Shown here: piece after piece, positions 23,251 to 33,869 of the stretch
Layout: each line of letters starts with the position of its first letter
Position numbering within the stretch: position 1 is the stretch's first letter
Assembly: GCF_030144855.1 (NCBI RefSeq)
Contig: NC_082721.1
Span: forward strand, 43,090,001 to 43,154,000
DNA length: 64,000 bases
Direction of reading: 5' to 3'
Source: Hypanus sabinus
Taxonomy: Eukaryota
Made by a program: the position numbers and the translations under genes
Notes under the pieces: model-generated
Database searches by the model: none
The model's input: only the letters and a program-made list of their open reading frames with translations
What the model was told of the DNA's origin: nothing

Positions 23251-26200
23251 CCAGACCAAGAGACTATCCTTAAATATCCTGTGTATGCCCATGGAATATA
23301 TGGGTCATTATACAGTTATCCCATTCTCAGTTGAGCTTGTTGCACATCAAGAAAACCTTCACGAGTGCAATGGCGAGAATGGGTCAAAATTCGATGCTCT
23401 GAAATAGTTCATGCGCCGACATTACTTCCTGTATGTTGATCAAACTAGGTTAAATTCTCTCAGTGAAAGAATTCTACCCCTGGTGTTCAGAACAGGAAGT
23501 GTGGTTGCCCTTTACCATGTGATTTTGTTTTGGTCCAACATTTCATCTATGAACATGGATATGCTATGGTTTTCAAAACCTGGCCTCAACACTGTAATTT
23601 TTCAGACAAGCCCAGGATTAGCTGTTAATTCTAATAAGGGCCAACAAGAAGCAGCTGAATAGAATAAGCGAATTTTCTACCTCCGCCCAATGTTAAACCA
23701 CTCAGCTTCAACCTTTGTGTGCCCCAATTTTCCCTCTTTCTCTGAGAGCATCAGGAACATCACTCTCACTGACCCAGTGACCCCTCTTCCCAAGGGAATC
23801 CAGAGAGTGAAGGTGGCAGACAAAAGCAAGTGAACTCATTTGGCCCAGTGCTGCCCTCTCACACAGCCAGCAATCAGGGTCACTGATAGAGAGCAGGAGT
23901 GTGGACATGCTGGTTGTGCTTTAACACTAACCTGAAGCAGGGACGCTTCAAATAGAACTGTTGTCAGGCTAAACCTATGCCAAGCTTCTGAAGGAACATT
24001 TGGAATACCAAAGCCAGAGGACTTATAAAGAAAAATACAGGGGCAGGAGGATAGAGAGAATGACAAGAGATTTATGTGAAAATTATGACAATTTGGAGGT
24101 TTTGACAACAAGGTAGTTGGCTGCTTGGAAAATGTACTGAAGACTTACAAGTAGAAAGCTAAAAGAGGAGACAGAGAAATAGAGATACAGGCACATGACA
24201 CAAATAATGTGAATTTTAAATTAGAGACAAGGTATCAAATTAGGGCAAGTATAGATGGACAGTCGATCAATGTATCCTGATGGGGCATCTCAATTGTATC
24301 AATGAAAGTGATGTATATTTTGTCGAAAAAGACAAAATTTGTTGCCCTTCTTTATTAGGAGTAGGCATTCACAGTGGGCTGCCTTCTCAACCGTCCAAGA
24401 TTTGTATCATGTAGATACTTGTACAGTGGTGTTGGGCTGGAAGTTCCAGTATCCACAGCAGAAATGACAAAGAAACTATTCAGGATAATGAGTGACATTG
24501 GGGTGAGGAAGTGGAATCTAGCTCATCTTGATCACAAGAGCTGGTCTCTCTTGAGCTTTGTGATGGTGCAAGTCATTTGTGTTAATGATCCTTCTGAAGA
24601 AGCCTTGTAGTGAATCTTGATTCCCACTCATCCAGACGGATTCCATCTAGGCTCAGACACTGTAACATGCTGGATTTCACTACCTGCAGTATCATCGATA
24701 CTACAATCAGCTGTGTAATCTGTTCTTCAGCAGTTTGCTCTGGAGTGGGTCAGAATAAATCTGCTGTTATTCCTCTGCCTCACTGACTCTTCAATCATTA
24801 TCCCACAATTGATCAGAACATAGTTTGGACTGCAACTGCTTTTGGCAAAATAGCACAGAGTAAAAGTGAACTCAACCAGTCCTAGGGCTGGGCAAGTTCC
24901 ACCTTATTCCCATTTACTTCCTACAGAGGCAGTGGCTGTGCATTGGGAGGATAGACACTAGGATGCTTAGGTAGCCTGACAGAATGTCAGACAGTGCTGA
25001 TATCTCACAGCTTCAGTGACCTGGATTGGTTCTGAGCTTGTCCACGTGAAATTTGTATGTTCTCTCTGTGACCATTGAGTTTCCCACTGATGTTCTGTTT
25101 TCCTTGTACAGTGCAGATATGGTACTGTAGATTGCACCTTATTGCAATGAAGCAACAAAAGAATCAAAGGATGTTTGATGGCACGTGTGAGTAAAATAGA
25201 ACTGGCATAAATGGGGTTACTCTATTGGGAGGTTATATGCACACCGTGGGCTGAAGGGCTCATTAGCTGTTTACCTAAATACTAATTACACGGTTTTGCT
25301 GTAATATTTGATTACTCACATCCTGTCAGTGTAAAATTATGACAACTGGTAATTATTTTCCTCCTGTAGAGGTGCGGAGATATCACAAACTGAAGAGTTG
25401 ATGTGAGATTTCCCTGATGGGATTAATGGGTCTTGACCATTGTGTCATGGTTATTTGGTGAATATGTTTTTTTCTCCCCAGGAACCTTGGGCTGCAATTC
25501 CCGTGTTGTGGGAAATCGAACCTGGGATCCAACTCAACACAATCAATGAGGGAGCACTCAGAAAGGAAACCCCTTCCTCCGGGCGATGATGCTGCTTAAC
25601 TTGGATTCAGTGTCGTAGATATTCAATCAGCTGGACAGCTCTTGACAACTCCACTAAAGATGGAGTCATTTGATTCTTTTCCTTGTGATGGAAGGAAGAT
25701 CCTACATTCTACTGCCAGTCAGATCTGAGCTGGAACTGAGCTTCCTATCTATGGAACAATAGATAGAATGGATCAGAATGGTCCAATGGACAGCTATTTT
25801 GAAGTGAGGTCCAGTTGCTCAGTAAGGTGAGGTCTTTCAGTCAGTGATGTGTCATGAAGGCAAGTAGGTAGATTTCCCTATGAACATTGATTTAGGAAAG
25901 CAAGTAGATTGCTGAGCCTTTTGAACCTGCTCTGCCATTCAATCTAATTATGGCTGAGCTTTCTGTAACCTTAAAGCCCAATTACTCCATATTCCAATAA
26001 CTTTTCACCCTCTTACTGATTTTACAATGTGATTTGATTCTGCTTCCAGAGCCCTCTGAGAAAATGAGTTCCCAAGGTTTATGGTTCTCTGAGAGAGAAG
26101 CAAACATTGATTCACATCCGTCCTTATTAGGCAGCCCCTGAATTTTAAACACTAACATCTTGTTCAAGGTGTTCCTGCATGAGGAAACATCCTATCCATA

Positions 26201-26589
26201 ACCACCCTTCTGAGATCACTGTAGAGATGATGATCCAATCAATTTCCCTTTCAGCCTTCATAATTCCGGTGGATACAGGCCTCACTTTCCCTCACAAGAT
26301 GACCTATACATCAAGAGTACTGAATCCAGTAAAAGGGGAGAAATAAGAGAGAAATGAGTGTTCCTGCTTCCAGCTAGCCAGCTGATGGTGTAGTGGCATC
26401 TGCAATGGACTTCAAGGTGAGTGCTCACTGGTTTCAATCCAGCCAGCTCTTGCACACTTTATATCTGTGCTGCATTGAGCATCAATCTAACAACTTAGCC
26501 TAATTAAGAACAGGGAAATACTAAAGCAACTGCAAAGAGTATTTTCAGTACAGCAGATGAGATCTAACCAGTACTCCTTTCAACAGAAA

Positions 26590-28060
26590 CAGAGATGGCT
26601 GTATTCAGATAAGCAACCTGGATGTGATGGATAAGACATCTGGACCAGGTGGACTACAACCCAGTTTTTTGAAAGAAGTACTTGATAAGATTATTGAGTT
26701 GAGGCGTTAGTAGTGATTCTTCAAGAATTATTAGATTCTGTAATGGTTTTGGAAGACAAATGTTACTCTGCTCTGTAAGAAAGGAAGGATGCAAAAAACA
26801 GGAAATTATAGGCCAGTTAGTCTGACTTCAGAGGCTGGCAAGCTGTGACATTCCATTATTAAATATTATTTCGGGTAATTGGAGGCACTTGATAAAATAG
26901 GCCAAAGTCAGTATGGTTTCCTAAAAGGGAAATCTTGCCTGTGAAATCTGTTTGAATTCTTTGAGGAAATAACAGGTAGGATGGACAAAAGAAGGTAAGG
27001 GGAAGTTTTTTACTTGGATTTACAGGAGCATTCAAGAAGGTGCCACACATGAGGCTGATAAACAAGATAAGGTCCCATAATATTACAGGATAGATACTAG
27101 TATGGACAGAAGTTTGGTTGACTGGCAAGAGACAAAGTGGGAGAATAAAGGGGAACTTTAGTGGTTGACTCCTGGTGACTAGTGGTGTCCCACAGGGGTT
27201 GGTGTTGGGACCACATCTTTTTACATTATATGTCAATGATTTGGATGAGGAAATTGATAGCTTTATAGCCAAGTTTGTAGATGATACAAAAATAGTTGGA
27301 GGGGCAAGAAGTGTTGAGGATGCAGATAGTATGGAGAAGGACTTTGACAGATTAGGAAAATGGGCAAAGACGTGGCAGATGGAATACAATTTAGAGACAT
27401 ATATGGTCATACACTTCTGTGGACTATTTTCTTAACAGATAGCAATTTCAGAAATTAGACATGCAAAGAGACCTGGGAGTCTTGGAGCAGGAATCCCAAA
27501 AGATTAACTTGTAGGTTGTAATGCAAGGGTTTTAAAAGGCATTGGTCATGGTGCATGAGGAAATAGTGAGCAGTTTGTGGTCCCTTATCTAGAAAATTAT
27601 ATGCTGGGATTGGAGAGGAAGTTCACGAGAATGATCTCTAGAATGAAAGGGTTAACATATGATTCATGTTTGATGGGTCTGGACCTGCACTTGCTGGATT
27701 TTTGAGGAATGGGGGTGGGGGGTGTAATCTCATTGTAGCCTGTAGAATATTGAAAAGCCTAGAGAGTGGACGTGGAGAGGTTGTTTCCAATAGTGGGAGA
27801 ATCTAGGACCAGAGGGTAGAGCCTTAGATTACAAGGATGTCACTTTAAAACAGAGCTAAGGAACTTATTTAGCCAGAGACTGGTGAACATGGGAACTTCA
27901 TTACCCGAGACACTGTGGAATCCATTTCAACAGGTATATTTAAAGCAGAGATTGATAGGTTATTGATGAGTAAGTGCACGAAAGTGTAGAGGGAGAAGAC
28001 AGTCCCTTTTTGGGGTTTGAGAAGGATAATTATTCAACAATGGCAGGGCAGACTCGATGG
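26590..28060 (+). mobile_element. CR1 LINE RT and 3' fragment
   Basis: TSGVPQGLVLGPHLFTLYVNDLD...KFVDDTK...WQMEYN (27175-27435). Confidence 0.8.
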
Positions 28061-29270
28061 GCCAGATGATTTAATTAAACTACTATGGTTATTGATGAAG
28101 CAGCAGGTGGAATGTACAGCATGAGGAAATGCTGCAATGATATCCTGGGGCTGGGGTGTTTGATGCACATTCACTACAATGTTGTATTCAGGTGAGATAT
28201 GATCCCAGTCACCGGTATGCTTTCCTCATGATATCCATTGATTTTAGTGTTACCAGGACTTGATGGCATGTTTGAAACAGAGGGACACGAATGGGGCTGC
28301 TCTTTTGGGAGCTTACATGGTCCAAATGTGCTGAATGGCCTCGTGATTTATTTTCATAAATTCCACCAGAAGACCATAGGACAAAGGAACAGAAACCAGC
28401 CATTCGGCTCATTGAGTCTGTAGCACTATTCCATCGTTGCTGATTTGTTATCCCTCTCAAACCCATTCTTCTGCCTCCTCCTTGTAACCTTTGACTTGTT
28501 TTCTAATCAAGAAAATATCAACCTCCATTTTAAATAGCGAGCTGGTGGGGAGGGAAAGGAAGGATCAAAGTGAGAACGGGTTCTGGAAATAAATGCAATT
28601 GTCCTGTAAGAGGAGAGAAGTTGAAAGTTCAGCCCAGGAAGCGTTTGTTGGGGGTAGGAAGGAGAAGAAAGAGGACGAGAGTGCAGCTGAGGCAGTAGGG
28701 GAAGGGGGATCAGGAACTATTGTGAAACAAATCCTTAATTATTCTGTCTCTGGAGTCTTGAATTCGCACACTATCCCTCAATAGATAGTTGAGAAAATGG
28801 TTTAAACTTCTGACTGGGTAATTTTCATCGCTTGTGACCCAACCATTTCAGACAGGCAGACTTTCAAGTTTGTGTCAACATTGGTCATTTCTAGCGAAAC
28901 CTCATTAGATCAGAACGTAACAACAATTTATTCCCCTCTCCACCAGTGCTGCCCAGGAGCCTGGAAATTTGCAGCTACGATTATGTTCATTTCCTATATT
29001 AACCTTCCCAAAACCAACAGTTTCGTTCTAATTTTACATCGCAGCCTTATAGCTAACCAACCACCCTGTCCCCCATTCTCCGCAATGGAACTTCGTTTCC
29101 TTCTTTGCTGATATTCGGTGTCCAAGGCTGCCGCACAGATTTCCTGAACTTCACCAAGCCAGGTCACGAACCAGAGCAGAGAGACGAATCTCCTCCCACT
29201 CAGTGTCAGAATCGAAAAAACACGTAAGATAACGAACGCACACACGAGAGTCGTTCCTGCACTGATCATA

Positions 29271-29276
29271 TTTATT
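29271..29276 (-). terminator. Polyadenylation signal of the IgL gene
   Basis: AATAAA about 335 nt after the stop codon, followed by a GT/T-rich tract (CGTGTGTGCGTTCGTT...GTGTTTTTT). Confidence 0.7.
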
Positions 29277-29609
29277 GGTAATTAGTTGCCGTCTGTCAGT
29301 CTGATCCTGATGCTGAATCACAAAAACATTTATCAATCATTCTAATTAATCGAACACCGATGGAAGAGAAACCAAATACCGGCTGAAATTTTCAGAAGAC
29401 AAGTCCACTTTAACACAGTATAGCCTCTCAGTCAGAGCAAGATCAAAAGCAGCCGAGGGTACAAATAATCCAACATCACAGTGGAAACTACAGAGAGCGG
29501 AACAGAAGGGAAGTACCGGGATGAGCGAGTAAGAGTGGTAGAGGTGAAAGATATAAAGCGGTGATCTCCCGTTAATCCGGGAACAAACAAGGCCGAAACC
29601 GCGCTGTGT

Positions 29610-29932
29610 TTAACAGCTGGATTTTGTGACTGTTGCGGATATTGTCGAGGCTGCTCCTTGTTGAACTGAGCAGGAGTACCTCTTCCCACTGCTCCAGTCT
29701 GCGCTGGGCACCGTCAGGTAGCTGCTGAGACTGAAGGTTTTGTCCGCGTTCTGAGTCACCCCGCTGGTTTGCACCTCACTGCTCGTCGGACTGTCGTTCA
29801 CTGCCCAGGAGACGACAGGGAAGCCCATCGACAATTTACTGACCAGGCAAACTAAGGTGCCCGCTCCTTTAGTGGAGATCTGCTCGGCTGACGGGCCAAG
29901 TAGTTTCACTGAAGGGTCTGGGAATTGCCGAT
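29610..29932 (-). CDS. IgL constant exon (C1-set domain)
   Basis: Pyrimidine tract plus TTGCAG acceptor at 29933; (D)RQFPDPSVKLLGPS...TLVCLV...VSW...FSLSSYLTV...YSCSV...KSSC*. The terminal Cys is the usual H-L disulfide residue. Confidence 0.95.
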
Positions 29933-31543
29933 CTGCAACGGAAACAAGAGAAAATGTGTTTCAAGTCGCAAAAGAGCTCTCGTCATTTCACAGTTTGACA
30001 GAAACGTAATTAAAAGGTTTCAACTTGATTGAGTTGAGCCCAGAGTCTTACCAAGTGACAAGACAGTGCCCATGGAGGACAGTGCATGAAGGTCATCATG
30101 GAAAAACGAGAAATCTACTGCAACCGGTGAGGCTGTCAGGCTCTGAGTCATTCACGGAGTTGAGAGTTACACTGGCATCAAAGCGCCCCTATGTAGTTCA
30201 ATGTGCCTACTCTCGGTGCCATCAGCGACACAATCCGCCGCCTCCCTCCGGCCCGCCCACTCATCATTAATGAGAATATATTTGTTACAATCTGCTCTGC
30301 CCCAGTGGTCGAGGGCTCTAAATGCGCGGTCCTGAGCTCCAGGGAGCGGGGCGGGGCAGGTCGCTCTGTGATAGTGTCGAACGATTCGGCTCCCTCTCAC
30401 ATGGGGGACGGGAGGCTGGATTCTCCGCAGAATCGGAGCACCGGCCATAGTCGGTGTGACCAGGATCGATGAGGAACTGTTCCTGGGAAGGAGCAGCTCT
30501 CACGTTAATAGGTGGCAGGAGCGAGAAGGCAAGGACTGAGCAATGGGAGAGGGTCTTTTAAGGGATGGATGCTGGAGGAGAGTTCACCCTCATTGGGAGG
30601 GCAGGAAGTGTCGCTGAGAAGTCCGAATTAATTACTTGAAACTTATTGTTCTCCTGTCTTGACAACTATGGGCTGTCTTTAGCCGGCAATGCCCTGTTCC
30701 CACTGACAACTTTGGTCCCACTTTAGGAAGATAGACTCCTTCATGTTCGTTCCAATTATACCACCATAAATGCAGACAAACTAAAACTAGAGCAGAAGTA
30801 ACACGAATGAACAAAAAGTTTGTCTGAAACATGGTTTGTCCGAAAACACAACCGAAAAGAGAAATGCTTCATTAAAATACGGAAACAATTCACCGAACCC
30901 AGCTCTATCGAGTAAAACTGATGCTGGACACCAACACGATTAGATTGTAAATCAACATTTTCATTGTAAAATTCGCTGGAAAATTATAACTTATAACTTC
31001 TTAATTGACGGGTGATCGTATTTATGCCGTGGACACTGCAGGAGATATCTATCGGACACTTACCTGTAACAAAGAGCTTGGACCCTGGGCCGAACACCCC
31101 CGTTGAAAACCATTTTCCGCAGTAATAGACCGCAGCGTCACTTAGCTCCACGTTTTTAATGATCAACTGGTAAATGGTGCCGGCGCTGTTGAATGTCGAT
31201 GTGAAACGGTCGCTGCTGAACCCAGGCGCGTTGGTCGGGCCGCTGAGCGAGTGATGGTAGTATAAGATCCATTGTGGAGCTGTTCCTGGTGCCTCCTTGT
31301 ACCAACTTACATAATTGTTATCCTTTGTTCCGATGTAACAATTCAGCATGGCCGTGGCTCCTGGACTCACCGACACGATCGGAGTCTGAGTCACAGTCTG
31401 GGATTCTCCAGCTGTGAAAAATCAGGAATTCAACTACAACCATTGACTCTTTAATGTGACCCCAAGACCCACCTCAGCAACCACTGCCTGTACTTACAAC
31501 CCAGCCACACTGCCAGAGACCAGAAAAAGCACAGCGTCCGCAT
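29610..31543 (-). CDS. Immunoglobulin light chain, sigma-type, 3 exons (leader / pre-joined VJ / C), 238 aa
   Basis: join(31543..31498, 31411..31064, 29932..29610) = 46+348+323 = 717 nt, open to TAA. Both introns are GT-AG and phase 1. V has Cys-Trp-Cys plus FGPG; C has Cys-Trp-Cys plus a terminal Cys. Short CDR1, long CDR2 (YYHHSLSGP..GFSSDRFTST) and C motif LVCLVSKLS..F..VSW match the sigma / teleost L2 class. Confidence 0.93.
31064..31411 (-). CDS. IgL fused V-J exon
   Basis: (S)GESQTVTQTP...LNC...VSWYKE...YYC-GKWFSTGV-FGPGSKLFVT, followed by donor G|GTAAGT at 31063. No stop, intron or heptamer/nonamer between V and J. Confidence 0.95.
31498..31543 (-). CDS. IgL leader exon (MRTLCFFWSLAVWLG+T)
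   Basis: ATG at 31543, hydrophobic signal peptide, donor GTAAGT at 31497, 86-bp intron ending TTTTCACAG at 31412. Confidence 0.9.
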
Positions 31544-31623
31544 CGTTGCTGCCCGTCAGCTTCCTGCCTCCCTTCTGTCGATGGATTTATGACTGACTGG
31601 CCGCCGCTGCCGGTGGAACCCAG

Positions 31624-31686
31624 TTATAGAACCATTCACACCGGGGAGGAAATCGATGTAAATCAGGGTGACTGACACTGACCAAT
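31624..31686 (-). promoter_or_regulatory. Putative IgL promoter: TATAA, PU/ETS box, octamer variant, CCAAT
   Basis: Minus-strand TATAA at 31624-31628, GAGGAA at 31646-31651 (+), ATTTACAT at 31656-31663 (1 mismatch to ATTTGCAT), CCAAT at 31682-31686. The octamer lies about 28 bp upstream of the TATA, as in Ig light-chain promoters. Confidence 0.6.
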
Positions 31687-31901
31687 CAGAGCGAGGATCG
31701 GAAACCCTCCCAAATGCTGTCACACACCGTCGGGTTGAGGCGGCGACATTGTTAGCAATTGACTGATCCGTTAAAAACAATTTGCGAATGAAAAAGTCAT
31801 TCATTCTCTGACATTTCCCAAACTTTGCCTTCATTTTCCTGATTCCTTCCTTCGGTCCGCAGATGCCCCTCACACCTCCAGTGACAACAGGACAGGACAG
31901 T

Positions 31902-32040
31902 GCAGACTGTTGAAGGGTCTCGGCTCGAAACGTCGATTGTACTGTTTTCCATTGATGCTGCCTGGCCTGCTGCGTTCCTCCAGCATTTCGTGTGTGTTGC
32001 TTGGATTTCCAACATCTGCAGATCTTATCTTGTTTGCGAT
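31902..32040 (+). mobile_element. Penelope terminal-repeat fragment with hammerhead relic
   Basis: CTGTTGA-A-GGG-TCTCGG-CTC-GAAACGTC-GATTG, followed by the same tail as the 20.1-kb element. Confidence 0.8.
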
Positions 32041-32569
32041 AGAGCAGTGCAGGCTTCCTGTTCCCACACCAGTCATTCAGTCATGGAGTTCAAAACAGCT
32101 TTGGCAGTTTGAGGGTTTGAGTTCGTTCTGACTATGGGGATTTAGATTAGTGCGGGAAGTATTGACTATGAATGTAAGAATTAAAAACTATTGACCGTTT
32201 TATTATTGTAATTTTTTTCCAGTAAGAATAAAGTTTATTTTAATATGAATTCTAATCTGTACGACCCCAATTTAGCGTTCTCCCGCTACTGGAGAGGGAG
32301 AAGCCAAATTGGGTGTGGAAGTCACTGAATTATTGTGCAGTGTATAACCCAGGGGCCACGTGAGTGGCAGCTGCCCTATTAGCCTTAAGGATTGTAAAGG
32401 GCAGTACTGAAAACATTGGCCATGAATGTAAGAATGAAATTGCTTTACATATATTTTTGTAAATACTTACTATGAATAAAGTTGATTTTGATGTAAAATA
32501 ATCTATGACAGAATGCACCAGTCTGGAACCTGGACCACGGTAAGTAGGGGCCATTGGCGTTTCTCTAGT

Positions 32570-33261
32570 TGTCATAAGGGGACGTGAAACTGGACCCAAA
32601 TGCAGGACGCAGGCTCTGAAATACTAAGGGCAGGACGGGACAAGTTAAAGGATAGGACAAGGTGTATAGACCGTGGCGTTCAGAGATGATCTTGGAGTCC
32701 AAGGTGGCCCAGTGGCCTGGCTAGAGGCCGGGGTCTTGGGACTAGGAATGCTGGGAGGATAGCCCCCTGGGCGGGCCGCAGAAGTCCTGGGCAGGACCCG
32801 GACTTCCCAGGCAGGACATAGGGGCACAACCGGTCAGAGTGGAGGGATAGGAAGGCGCAGAGCCCTCTGCCGGATAACAGCAATCCGGCCTGGTTTACCC
32901 GACGGATACAAGGGATAGGAAGGGAGCTCGGTCCAGGGTGACTTCAAGACTCACTGCGGCCGGAAGACTCGGGCGGGCTATGGAGCAGCCCAGTCCATAC
33001 CTCACTCACAGAACTTCTTGTTAACGGTTGTACTCTAAACCAGAACAATCCCCCCAACTATACTTTATCCCAGAGCACCTTATATTTACAGCCAACCGAT
33101 AGGCATCAGGTGCGCCTCCTTGAGCCCAACCATGCTAAGATGATCCTCAGGTGTGACTATTTGAGTTCAAGGCGGAACGAGGGGCGGTCGAAGGACTCGG
33201 AGTCCGGATTCCGCGGACCGGATCAAGAACAGGAATGCGGACTTCGGACCCGACCATAACA
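32570..33261 (-). mobile_element. Solo LTR (Gypsy-type)
   Basis: TGTCAT...ATAACA termini and a 5-bp TSD CTAGT/CTGGT (1 mismatch). CpG-rich. Orientation is inferred from a minus-strand TATA-like site and U5-like CTGCATTTGGGTCC. Confidence 0.75.
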
Positions 33262-33869
33262 CTGGTATTTGTCAAGTCTCGACAAAACTGGAACAAGAGG
33301 AACGAAGTAAACTGCTATCACAGTGCAAATCTAATTAGCGGGAACGTGTATATTTACGAGCACGATTGCCGAACCTGTTCCGCAGCCCGCCTTTGAGAAC
33401 GCGCAGTCCCTGTGGCAGAGTCCGTGGTTGTGACATATACAGAAAGGCCACAGGCAGCACAGCCTCCCAGAATTTGTTGTCCTCCGTCCCCAGACAACAG
33501 CAAGTGGGAGAGTCAGGACCAAACAATAACCTGGAGGATCTGACTGACTCCATCCATTCTTTCCAATCGACTTAAAATTTCAGAACCGACAGCTTACGAT
33601 ACTCGGCTCCGACGGACCTGCTGGAAATGCTTAATGCTATGCTTTTAACTGATGCATGTCATACTCCATGAAAAAAGGGCATCCACTTTTTATACAAAAA
33701 AGGGCATCCAGAGCTTTATAGCGGACCTGCTAGAAAATTTTTCTTAAAAACTTTCCACGTTTCAACATTGATCAAATCAAAATACGGCAGAGACAATTTG
33801 ACGGTGTCCGCTGGAGAGGGAAACAGGATTTAAATATTTGACTTTCTTCAGAGATAATGATAATTTTTT

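Noticed and set aside
29477-29483. CACAGTG in the 3' UTR
   Set aside because: No nonamer at 12 or 23 bp; chance heptamer.
29785-29800. N-glycosylation sequon NDS in the C domain
   Set aside because: It is followed by Pro (NDSP), which disfavours occupancy; nothing further can be said from sequence.
30025-30503. Overlapping 60-90 aa ORFs in the J-C intron
   Set aside because: No recognisable domains; expected by chance in GC-rich DNA.
30984-31063. ORF-track tail KCPIDISC...SYKL after the J segment
   Set aside because: Read-through past the canonical GTAAGT donor; splicing to C is in frame. It would matter only if the intron were retained.
33319-33346. CACAGTG as a possible RSS upstream of the gene
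   Set aside because: The 12-spacer nonamer position reads GCGGGAACG (4/9 match), and there is no adjacent V or J.
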